Source: Felis catus (Eukaryota). From it: 64,000 bases of DNA. Under the pieces are notes generated by a model. It saw nothing but the letters and a program-made list of their open reading frames with translations, was not told where the DNA came from and did not search any database. The stretch spans positions 45,820,001-45,884,000 of the forward strand of contig NC_058368.1 in assembly GCF_018350175.1 (NCBI RefSeq), read 5' to 3'. Of this stretch, positions 1-10,774 are shown piece by piece. A program made the translations under genes and the position numbers. The stretch's first letter is position 1; each line of letters begins with the position of its first letter.

Positions 1-373
1 GTGTATTATGCTGAGTGGAATAGGTCACTTTATGATTTCACTTATAAATGAAACCAAAGAAAACCAAAATAAAACAAATGAACAACAGCAATAACAGACT
101 GAAATAGAGATCAAACTGACAACTACCAGAGAAGAGAGGGTTGGAGCATGGGAAAAAATACAGGAAGGGGATTAAGGGGTAGACATTTCTGCTTGTAAGT
201 GATAAAGATAGTACGTACAGCACAGCAAATATAGTCAATATTGTAATATATGGTGACAGACATTAACTATACTTACAGGGCACATCACGTAGTGCACAGA
301 ATTATGGAATCACTACATTATGCACCTGAAAGTAACAGAACCTTGTATGTCAACTAACCTCAATAACTTAAAA
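1..373 (+). mobile_element. LINE-1 3' end (3'UTR, old carnivore/L1MA-type), cut by the window edge
   Basis: Typical L1 3'UTR text 'tatagtcaatattgtaata...gaatcactacattatgcacctgaaa...gtatgtcaacta..ctcaataa' ending in an A-rich tail. Confidence 0.8.
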
Positions 374-437
374 TATATACATGTTTTTCTCATTTACATT
401 TATGTTGTGTATTTTGAGCATAAATATATACATTTTT

Positions 438-483
438 TAAGTTTGAGGGGGAGGGGCGCGGAGGGGTGCAGAGGGCGAAAGAG
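438..483 (-). mobile_element. Heavily 5'-truncated Can-SINE tail fragment
   Basis: G/A-rich 'gagggggaggggcgcggaggggtgcagaggg' resembles the reverse-strand SINE CT tail; flanked by near-direct repeats ataaatatatacattttt / ataaatatgcattttt. Confidence 0.45.
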
Positions 484-1301
484 ATAAATATGCATTTTTA
501 TACACACACACACACACACACACTCTTAGACACACACAGTGGAGAATCCAAGATAATATAGTTTAGCAAGGATTCAAAAAACGTCTACCCGTCACCAGAG
601 TGGACTGTATCCTGGATAATAATTGAACTTTAATCTCAGAATCTGTTTCTGAATTAGTAAAAACTATTGTTTTGATTACTTTTAATAAAGCCATAATAAT
701 CTTTTAGTGGCCTTCGAAGGTAAATGGAGTTGTCCCCAAATTCAACTGTTTGCCAAAGATTTACAAGATTTACCATCTTATTTGAACAATTTTCAATTCC
801 AAAGTACATACTCTTTCTACAAAAACACATCAGATCAATCACATTCAACTTTGTAAAAACACACATATGTAAATACACCCTTACTGTAGGAAAATCCATT
901 TTATAAGATCCTACCTATACAATAGAGAAATGATGCTTGGATGGTGCATACAGATATAAATCCTTTGTATTTTCTTCTTCCTCAATGGAATTCAGAAACT
1001 TTTTAAAGTGGTCATAAGACTGTAGAGTTCTGGTTCTTCTTCCCTGTTATTTATAAAACGTATACCATTTGGATTTTTCCCTCAAGTAAAATGATAAATA
1101 TTTGTGTTATTAATGTATTTCTTAGAAAATGTCATCTCACTTGGTCAAATGGGGATTAAGTTATATTTCCGAGGTCTCAATGACAAAACTAGTAAGGATT
1201 TGCACAAGTTTTTCTAATCCACAACTGGTAGACAAGTGAAAGGAAACCTTTTCTATACTTTCTAAACTAACCAAAAAGATTTATAGCATTGGTATGTTTT
1301 A

Positions 1302-1508
1302 AGATTGTTTATGTTTATTCATTTTTGAAAGACACACAGAGCACAAGCAGGGGTGGGGCAGAAAGAGAGGGGGACACAGAATCTGAAGCAGGCTCCAGGC
1401 TCTGAGCTGTCAGCACAGAGCCCGACATGGGGCTCGAACTCACAAACCGCGGGATCATGACCTGAGCCAAAGTTGGATGCTCAACTGGCTGAGCCATCCA
1501 GGCACCCC
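1302..1508 (-). mobile_element. Can-SINE (SINEC, felid type)
   Basis: Reverse of ggggtgcctggatggctcag head plus CT tract and A tail; TSD cattggta(t/g)gtttta at 1287-1301 and 1510-1524. Confidence 0.95.
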
Positions 1509-2000
1509 ACATTGGTAGGTTTTAGAGTCCTCCTTATTAGGCATTAACTTTGGAGCTACCTGAAGGTTTATTGACTCTCAATCTTCAAATATTTTCAGTT
1601 TAAATTAAAAAATATTTATCTTCATATAAAATCACATTTTGCATTGAAAGCATGCTTCATAATTATTCTAAAACGTTTAGGAAATCCATTAACTATAGTT
1701 CCACATATTACTCATTAAAAACCTAGACAATTATTTAGTATTGTTAAACTAACGAAATAGCAAGACGTTAGGTTATATCAATGTATTTATCTTAAACTGG
1801 AAATGTAACAAATTATTCCTGAAGTTCAATTAATTTAAACACTGGCATATTGAAAGGTGAGGAATGATACTCTGTATAGGGTGGTCAATCCACTTACTGG
1901 CATTGATAAAAGGAATACAAAAATATTGGAAACATTGAAGTGACAGATTATATAATATCTATGTCTAGCAATTAAATGTACCCTGGAAAATCTATCTACT

Positions 2001-2235
2001 GTTTTTTGAGTGTAGTAGTAACATTAGGTTCAGGTGTACAACAGTTCAACATTTCTACATGTTATGCTATGTTCACCACATGTGTAGCTGCCATCTATCA
2101 CCATACAACATTATTGTATCATTGACTATATTCCCTATAATGTGTTTTTCCTCAGGACTTATTAATTCTGTAACTGGACAATTGTACCTCCCATTCTCCT
2201 TCCCCAATTTTGCCAATCTCCCCCACCTTCCTACA
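2001..2235 (-). mobile_element. LINE-1 3'UTR fragment
   Basis: 'ttcaggtgtacaa...catctatcaccatacaacattattgtatcattgactatattcccta' is the reverse complement of a carnivore L1 3' end. Confidence 0.75.
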
Positions 2236-2497
2236 GCCTTGGATGTATTTTAGAGCTCATTTTGAAGTAGTTCCATTTTTAAAGTGTGGTTAGACCTCTT
2301 GATCTACACATACAGATGTAAAATACTACATGTATTGTTTAAGATATATTACTAATTCCATACATAGCAACTATACAACATAATTGGAGCGTTGTACCTA
2401 GTATACTATAATTACTATCATTAGTAAGTTTCTAACGCAGGGGGAAAAATCGACAGAAAATCTTTGTGTAAATATAAAACTGTTCTAATTTGCGATT

Positions 2498-2654
2498 TCT
2501 ATAGACTGAATGTTTGTGTTCCTCCCAAATTCCTATGTTGAAACCTAATCCCCAATGTGATGGAATTTGAGGTGGGCCCTTTGGGAGGTGATTAGGTCAT
2601 AATGGCAGAAATCTGATGAATGGGATTCACATCCTCATAAAGAGGACCCACAGA
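2498..2654 (+). mobile_element. MaLR LTR (MLT1A/MST-like), 5' part, interrupted by L1
   Basis: 'ctatagactgaatgtttgtgttcctcccaaattcctatgttgaaacctaatccccaatgtgatgg..tttgggaggtgattaggtcat' matches the MaLR LTR start; the element resumes at 9401. Confidence 0.85.
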
Positions 2655-4191
2655 ATGCATTCCTGGACTTCCAGGGAAAGTGAAAGAGTAGGAGGACCCT
2701 AAACTCAACTCCTGGGTACAACTACATAACACCAGTATCAATGTAAATTACCTAGACTATAATCCAAGGACTGGCAGGACAGAGCCTCCACAGCTAAAAA
2801 TGTAGGGAAGAGGCAGTTAACAGTTGAAAGGGCAGAGACATGGTCTGGAGTCAAATGGATTTTTGGGACTGTCTGCAGGAGAGAGTGAAGCCATGGGAGC
2901 AAACAGCAGGGATAAAACCAATCCTCATACCAAGCACCTCAGGCACAGGGAACCCACATTAGAAGCAGAAGGGCATAATTTCCCAAGTTCTCACAGTCAG
3001 TGGCACTTCACATCTGGAACATTAAAAATCAGTAGGCTCCACTCTTGGAGAGCCAGGAGGGCAAGAGGACCCAAGTCTCCACCCTTAGCACAATAGGCCC
3101 TGGGAGAGACATCATAGAAGCAGTAGTTTGAAAAATACCTGGGATATATGGGAAGGAGATTTACTAATCTCAGAGCATGTGCTACAGGGGCAGGGACCTT
3201 TAGTACATTTCTCCAGGAACAGAGGACCTTGTGAGTGTCCTCTCCCTCCTGTACTCCCCAGCCTAGGCACACAGATATCTGTGGTAAACAGAGTGTCAAC
3301 ACTTTCCACCTATTTGGTTAACAGACAACACTGCCCTTGCATTCCCACGCAGACATGCCTCAACTCCCCGGAATCCTATTCGAAAGTGGAACCGGCTCCC
3401 CTCTCACAACAGGCCTAAAACACTACATCACACCTATTCTCCTGTCAACCTGACCCCTTTTAATACCCCTTTGAATGGCTACAGCAAATTCAAAGCAGTG
3501 TCACAAGCATGACAATGTGTAAGCAGCCTAGACAGGGACCAGCACCACTCCCAAGAGCCCTCCCCTCCACCCCCACCCAAGGAGAATGAAACAGAACCAC
3601 ACATGCCAGTACTACTGCATCCCCAGCAGTAGGCTGGGGCAGACATCTGGTCAGACTGCAGGGCCTACCCAACAAAATCTTCTCAGGGGACAACACAAGG
3701 AAAAGGCCCTGCAGTCCTATGCCACCAAATCTCCCATCTCTGCCAAATACCTGGTATGACTCAACTTAAGACCAAGATGACCCCAGACTGGCCTACTATC
3801 AAAACAAGAACCAAACCACACCAACAGGCAGATAGCCATTTCAGACAACTGGACTGAAGGCAAAAGCAGCTCCGTCACTACACTAGGGTACATGCAACCC
3901 AGAGAGGAGACACCCCTAAAGCACCAGATCTTGGTGGACAGGGGACATGGTCTTGCAGGCCACTACAGGGTATCTTCTTCCTAAGGCCATTAGGAAGGCC
4001 TAACAGAGAAATAGACACAGAGTTACACAAAAATGAGGAGATGGAAGAACAGGTCTCAAGTGAAAGAAGAGGACAAAAATCACAGGAGTGCTAAACGAAA
4101 TGGAGATAATATACTTGACAATTTAAAGTAATGGTCATAAAAAGTACTCATTGGCCTTAAGAGTGGAGGATCTTAGTGAGACCCTTAACAG

Positions 4192-4193
<2 letters not shown>

Positions 4194-4239
<46 letters not shown>
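4194..4239. repeat. (CA)n microsatellite inside L1 ORF1
   Basis: Directly visible. Confidence 0.95.
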
Positions 4240-4242
<3 letters not shown>

Positions 4243-5414
4243 TCATAAAGAACTCACTTATAGTTTATTGCACCCAATAAGAGACATTAAAAATACACTA
4301 GATAGAAAAAATAGACAAGAATGAACGAGCACCTGGAAGGCAGGTAATGGAGAACAATCAAGCTGAACAGGAGGAAAAAAAAATACACTTTTGGAACTCA
4401 ACAACACCATCAAACATAGTAATATTCACATTATAGGGATCCCAGAAAAATAAGAGAAGAAAGGCAGAAGTTTATTTGAATAATAGCTGAAAACTTCCCA
4501 AATCAGGGGAAAGAAATCCAAATACAGGAGGCACATTTAGCCCCTACAAAAAATAAAAAATAAAATAAAATCAATCAACCCATGGAGGTCCAAAACCAAG
4601 ACACACAGTAAAATGTGGTGATAAAGAGGATTTTACAAGAGAAAACAGTTACCTACAATGGAAATCCCATAAAGCTATCAGCTGATTTTTCAGCAGAAAC
4701 TTTGCAGGCCAGAAGGAAATAGCATGATATTTTCAAAGTGCTGGCAAAAATAAAACGAAACAAAACAAAAAAACAAACAAACAAACAAAAAAACCACACA
4801 CATGCAATCAATACCCTACCCTATCCAGCAAAGCTGTCATTCAAAATAAAAGGATATATAGTTTCCCAGAAAAAACAAAAGTTAAAGGAATTCATGACCA
4901 TTAAGCCAGCCCTACAAGAAATATTAAGAAATACTTAAAAATATTAAAGGGGATTCTTTCAATGGAAATGAATACCTGGCTGAATCCATAAGCAGGAGTA
5001 GGAAACACAAAAGCAGTAGAATTAAGTAGATCTTCAATATTCAGCCAAGGGTTTCACAAAATAGATTGTAAAGTGTGACACCTCATATATAAAATGTATG
5101 GCGTGGGGGGAAGAGGAGTAAAGAATGGATTCAAACTTAAGTGATCATCAACTTAGTATAGACTTCTTATGCATAAGAAGTTATATACAAACCTACTGGT
5201 AACCACAAATCAAAAACCAGTAATAAATATGCAAAAATAAAGAGAATGCAAGTATATCACTAAAGAAAGTAAACCATGAGAGAAGAACGAACAGAGAAGA
5301 AATACAAAGCAAACAACTGAATAAGAAAAAAATGGCAATAAATATTTATCAGTTATTAACTTGAACCAAAATCGACTAAATGCTCCAATCAAAAGAAATA
5401 AAAGGGATGGAATG

Positions 5415-5447
<33 letters not shown>

Positions 5448-5539
5448 AAAAGACGGAAAAGAAAGACCCATCTATGCACTGCCAAAAGAGACTCATTTCA
5501 GACTTAGAGACACATGAAGATAACAAGTGAAGGGATGGT

Positions 5540-5750
5540 AGGGTGCCTGGGTGGCTCAGTTCGTTGAGCATCCAATTCTAGATTTTTGATTATTTCTAGA
5601 TTATTTCTAAATTATATCTAGATTTCAAGTCATGATCCTGGGGTTGTGGGACTGAGCTCTGTGCTGAGCATGGAGTCTACCTAAGATTCTCTCCCCTCCA
5701 CCCCTCTGTCACCCACTGCCCACCTCTTTTTCTCAAAAAGAAAAAAAAAA
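5540..5750 (+). mobile_element. Older Can-SINE inserted in L1 ORF2
   Basis: Head gggtgcctgggtggctcagtt, CT tract, A tail; TSD aagtgaagg(g/a)a. Confidence 0.9.
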
Positions 5751-8700
5751 GTGAAGGAAAAGTATTTATTATGCAAATGGAAGTAAAAAAGAAAGCTGGG
5801 GTAACAATACTTAGGTCAGAAAAAATAGACTCCTCTCCTGAAACGAGGCCTGGCTCCCATTTTGACACATCTTGTGTGACCCAGGGCCAAATCTCGTGAA
5901 ATCTCAGGCACCATCCATGACTAACAAGAGACAAAGACGGAGGATGTAGAAACATAAAAGGAATATCCAATAAGATAACAATCGTAAATATTTATGTACT
6001 CAGTATGTGAGCACCCAATACATAAAGCATCTCATCATTAGTAATCAGACAGACCAATCAATATCAATACAGTAGTAGGGGGCTTTAACACCCCACTTAA
6101 ATCACTGGATAGACCATCCAAATAGAAAAACCAACAAAGAAACAGTGGCTTTGAATGACACAGTGGACCAGATGGATCTAATCGTCTTATTCTGCACATA
6201 CCATCCAAAACAGCATACACATTCTATTCAAGTGCACAGGGAACATTCTCCAGAATGGATTATGTATTAGACAACAAAACAAGTCTCAACAACTAAAAAA
6301 TTGAAATCATAACATATACCTTTTCTTATTACAATACTATGAAACTGTAAATATATGACAAGGAAAAATATGAAAAGGACAGAAGTATATGAAGGTTAAA
6401 TAACATGCTACTAAACAATTAATGGGCCAGCCAAGAAATTAAGGAATAAAATACATAGAGTTACATGAAAAGGATAACACAATGGTCCAAAATGTTTGTG
6501 ATGCAGCAAAAGCTGTTCTAAGAAGTTTAGAGCAATACAGGACTACTTCAAAACAAGAGCTAGAAAAAGAACAAAACCCAAGAACCAGTAATCAGTAATC
6601 AAAATTAAAAAATAACTCCCAAACAAAATTCCATGATCAGACAGCATCACATGGGAATTCTATCAAACATTTGATTATAGGTATTAACTTTTCTCTAAAT
6701 TATTCCAAAAATATAGAGAAAGGAAAACTTCTAAATTCATTCTATGAGGACAGCATTACCCTGATACTAAATCCAGATGAAAGACACTAACCAACACCAC
6801 CTACAGGACAATATCTGTAATGAAAATAGATGCAAAAATCCTTGAAACATTAGCAAACTGAATCCATAATACATAAAAAAAAAAAAGTCATCTACCATGA
6901 TCAAGTGTAATTTATTCACAGGAAGCAGGGTAGTTCAATATTCACAAATCAACATGATACCTCATCAAGAAGAATAAAAGCAATATGATCATTTCAATAG
7001 ATTCAAGAAATGCACTTGAAAAAGTACAACATCCATTCATGATTAAAAGCCTCAACAAAGTAGGTTTATAGGGAACATACCTCAACATAACCAAGGCCAC
7101 CTATGAAAAACCTTCAGCTTTCATCATCCTAACTGGGGAAAAACAGAGCCTCTCTCCCCTAATATCAGGAGTAAGACAAGGATGTCCATGTTCACCACCC
7201 TTATTCAACACAGTACTAGAAGTTCTTGGCACAGCAATCATACAGGAAATAAAAGGCATCCAACTTGGTAAGGAAGAAGAAAAATTTTCACTATTTGAAG
7301 ACAACTTGATACTATATATATAGAAAATCCTAAAGACTCAACCCAAAACCTCCTAGTGCTAATAAATTCAGTAAGGTCCCAGAATTTTTTAAAAATATAA
7401 TCTCCACTGCATATCTATACACTAATAATGAAACAGCAGAAGAAGAAAACCATTCCATTCCCAGCTGCACCAAAAATAAAAAGACTTCTAGGAACAAACC
7501 TAACCAAAAAGGCAAAAGACCTATACTCTGAAAACTATCAAACACTGGTAACAGAAATTGAGGAGGACAAACACACATGGAAAATATTCCGTGTTCATGG
7601 ATTGGGAGAAAATTGTTACAGTGTCTAACCTTCCCAAAGCAACCTACACATTTAATGCAATCCCTATTAAAACACCAATAGCATTTTTTTCTTAACAGAA
7701 CTAGAACAAATAGTTCTAAAGTTTGTACGGAACCATACAATCCCTGAATAGCCAAAGCAAACTTGAAAAAGAACAAAACTGAAGGTTTCACACTCCCAGG
7801 TACCAAGCTATACTACAAAGCTATAGCAATCAAGACAGTACCATACTGCCACAAATACAAACAAATTAGATCAATGAAAAAGAACATAGAACCCTGGAAT
7901 AAACCCATAATAATATAGTCAATTAATCTTTAACATTGGAGCCAAGAATATGAAATGGGAAAAACACAGTTTCTTCAAGAAACAGTGTTTGGAAAACTAA
8001 ACAACTACATGCAAAAGAAGGAAACTAGACTATTTTCATACAGCACACAAAAATAAACTGAAAATGGATTAAGGACCTAAATGTGAGACCTGAAACCATA
8101 AACATTCTAGAAAAGAGTACACAACAATAAGGTCTCTGACCTTGGTCTCCTATGGGAAGAGGGGGAAAAAAAACAAAAAACAAAAAAACTATTGGAACTA
8201 CAAAATAAAAAGCTTCTGCACAGCAAGGGAAACATTCAAGAAAACTGAAAGCAACCAACTGAATGGAAGAAGATGGTTGTAAAGGACATAGCCAATAAAG
8301 TGTTAGGATCCAAGATATATAAAGAATTGAAACAACTCAACACACAAAATTTATATGGGAATAAAGTATGCGTAGACATTTCTCCAAAGATGACATACAG
8401 CTATCCAACAGACACATGAAAGGATGCTCAATGTCACTCATCTGTGAAATGCAGATCAAAATCACAGTGAGATACCACCTTAAATGAGAGTGGCTAAAAT
8501 AAACAACACAAGAAATAAGGATTTGCAAGGATATGGAGAAAAAGGAACTCTCATGCAGTGTTGGTGGGAATGCAAAATGTTGTAGCCATTGTGGAAGACA
8601 GTATGGAGGTTCCTCAAATGATGAAAATTTTAATTACCATAGGGTCCAGGAATTCCACTACCAGGTACTTACCTAAACAATACAAAAACACCAATTCAAA

Positions 8701-8990
8701 AAGAAGTATGCACCCCTACGTTTAATGCAGCATGATGTACAACAACCAAATTATGGAAGCAGTCCAAGTGTCCATGGTTAGATAAACAGATAAAGAAAGT
8801 GTGAGATCACACACACACACGCACGCACACAGCCATAAAAATAATGAAATCTTGTCACTTGAAATAGCATTATACTCTCTAGACACATACAGGTTAAGTA
8901 AAGTAAGTCAGAAAGACAACCATAGGATTTCACTACATGTAAAATTCAAGAAACAAAAGGGGAAAAAAAGAAACCAAAAAAAACTCTTAA

Positions 8991-9189
8991 TTTTTTTTAA
9001 TGTTTATTTTTGAAAGAGACAGAACAGAAGTTGGGGAGGGGCAGAGAGAGACAAAGACAGAATTCAAAGCAGGCTCCAGGCTCTGAAGAGTCAGCACAGA
9101 GCCCAATGTAGGGCTCAAACTCGTCAGCCACTAGATCATGACCTGAGCCGAAGTCAGACACTCAACCGACTGAGCCACCCAGGTGCCCC
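8991..9189 (-). mobile_element. Can-SINE in L1 3'UTR
   Basis: SINEC body; TSD aaaa(a/c)a(a/g)actcttaa. Confidence 0.95.
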
Positions 9190-9400
9190 AAAACAGACTC
9201 TTAACTATAGAGAACAAGTTGATAGTTACCAGAAAGGAGGTCAGTAAAGGATGGGTAAGATAGGTGAAGGGGGTTAAGCACTCATCATGGTAAGCACTGA
9301 ACAATGCATAGAATTGTTGAATCATTATGTTCCATACCTGAAAGTATAACAATGTATGTTAACTCTGCTGAAATTACAGTTTAAAAAACTAAAATGAATT

Positions 9401-10007
9401 AGAGGTCCCAGAGAACTCCCTTGTTCCTTCCATCATATCTTCTCACACAATGAGAAGCTATCTATGAAGGAGGAAGTAGACTCAGACACAATCTGCTACT
9501 GGCACCTTAGTTTTAGTTTTCCCAGCCTCCATAACAGAAGTAAAGGTCAGTTCTTTGTACCATCCAATCTGTGGTATTCTGTTATAGCAACTTGAATGGA
9601 CTAAAAAACTGGTACTGAGAAGTATGTGTGTGTGTGTGGGGGGGGGGGGTTGCTGCTGTAACAAACCTAAAATGTAGAAGCAGCTTTGGAACTGGATGAT
9701 GGGTAGATGCTGGAAGAGGCTGAAAAAGTTTCAAGCTGCGTGCTAGATAAAGCCTGCATTGCCGTGAACGGACCATTATGGATGATGTTAGGGAGAGTCA
9801 AGAAAAAAAGGAGCGCAATAGAGAAAAGCCTTGGACTTCTTAGACCATACCTAAGTAAGTGTGAACAGAACATTGCTAGAAATGTGGACAGTGAGGGCTA
9901 TTCGCAGGAGATAAAAATGTGAGGTGTGTTATGGTACACTGGAGAGAGGTCTATCCTGTGAGATTGTGGAAAGAACTTCACTGGATTGGGTTTGTGTTCT
10001 AGTGTTA
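9401..10007 (+). mobile_element. MaLR LTR 3' part (to ~9607) followed by start of MaLR internal region
   Basis: LTR end 'tctgtggtattctgttatagcaacttgaatggactaa' then internal 'tggtactgagaagt..ttgctgctgtaacaaacctaaaatgtagaagcagctttggaactgg'. Confidence 0.85.
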
Positions 10008-10009
10008 AA

Positions 10010-10185
10010 TCCTAGTCTACCTTCAAACTCTACTCAAGCATCACTCTTGCTAGGAAATCATCCTTGAATTCGTAGTGTGATAGGAAAGCCCATTTTCCAG
10101 GTTTTAATAGCATTTGTCACATTGTAATGTAATAAACTTACTTGCAAGTTCCATCTCTGCTGAACTGTACACTCAAAAATGAAGG
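10010..10185 (+). mobile_element. L2 fragment
   Basis: Weak similarity to the L2 3' region ('tcctagtctaccttcaaactctactcaagcatcactc..ctgaactgtacactc'). Confidence 0.45.
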
Positions 10186-10774
10186 CTGGGAAGAAAAGTA
10201 TGTAAGATGGTAAAATGTTTAAAAGACATACTTGCAGTAATGGAAGTAAAGAGGGAAAACGTGTGATAGCACTCTCCCTCTCAAGAAAAAAAAAGTACAG
10301 AGGTTAAAAGGAGTCTAACTAGACATCCCTGATGCAGATAAACCAGTCTGTTCTAATACCATTTTTTCCCATATCATGGGATTTTATATTTTGTCTGCAG
10401 GTTAAATAGGTTTATGGGAAAATTCTTTCTTTACAAAATACCTACTGACACCTCAATCACAAGAAGTTCTATAAAAATAAGAACTCTGGATGCTACATTA
10501 AGAGAAATTTGAAGGAGTTGGGAGGCCATTAAGCTGAAAATGGGAGACATGAACAGATCTTCGAATTAAGAACATATATATTAGATTTTATTTCTGAAGT
10601 ATTAGAAAGAAACCAAAGCCACTTTACATAAGTCTAAAAAATTGAGGACCATTATCAACTAGGTTGGTAAACTACTATTTTTCACATCCCCCCATGTAAA
10701 GACTTAAGCAAAGAATTTTGGCTTCTTGGTTAAAGGAGGACTAAATGATAAGCTTTTCGTAGAAGTCAGATTGT

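Larger units (their letters stand above)
2655..9400 (+). mobile_element. Near-full-length decayed LINE-1 (older carnivore subfamily); ORF1 remnant from ~4033, ORF2 remnant from ~5332
   Basis: ORF1 C-terminal 'YPAKLSFKIKG..LKEFMTIKPALQEILR'; ORF2 EN/RT remnants ('LGTNLTKKAKDLYSENYQTL'); 3'UTR; TSD agagg(a/t)ccca(c/g)aga at 2641-2654 and 9401-9414; many stops and frameshifts, internal deletion near 6560-6600. Confidence 0.95.

Noticed and set aside
915..990. Kinase-like 'MHHPSIISLLY' peptide in a minus-strand frame
   Set aside because: Preceded by an in-frame stop, with no other kinase motifs; likely coincidence
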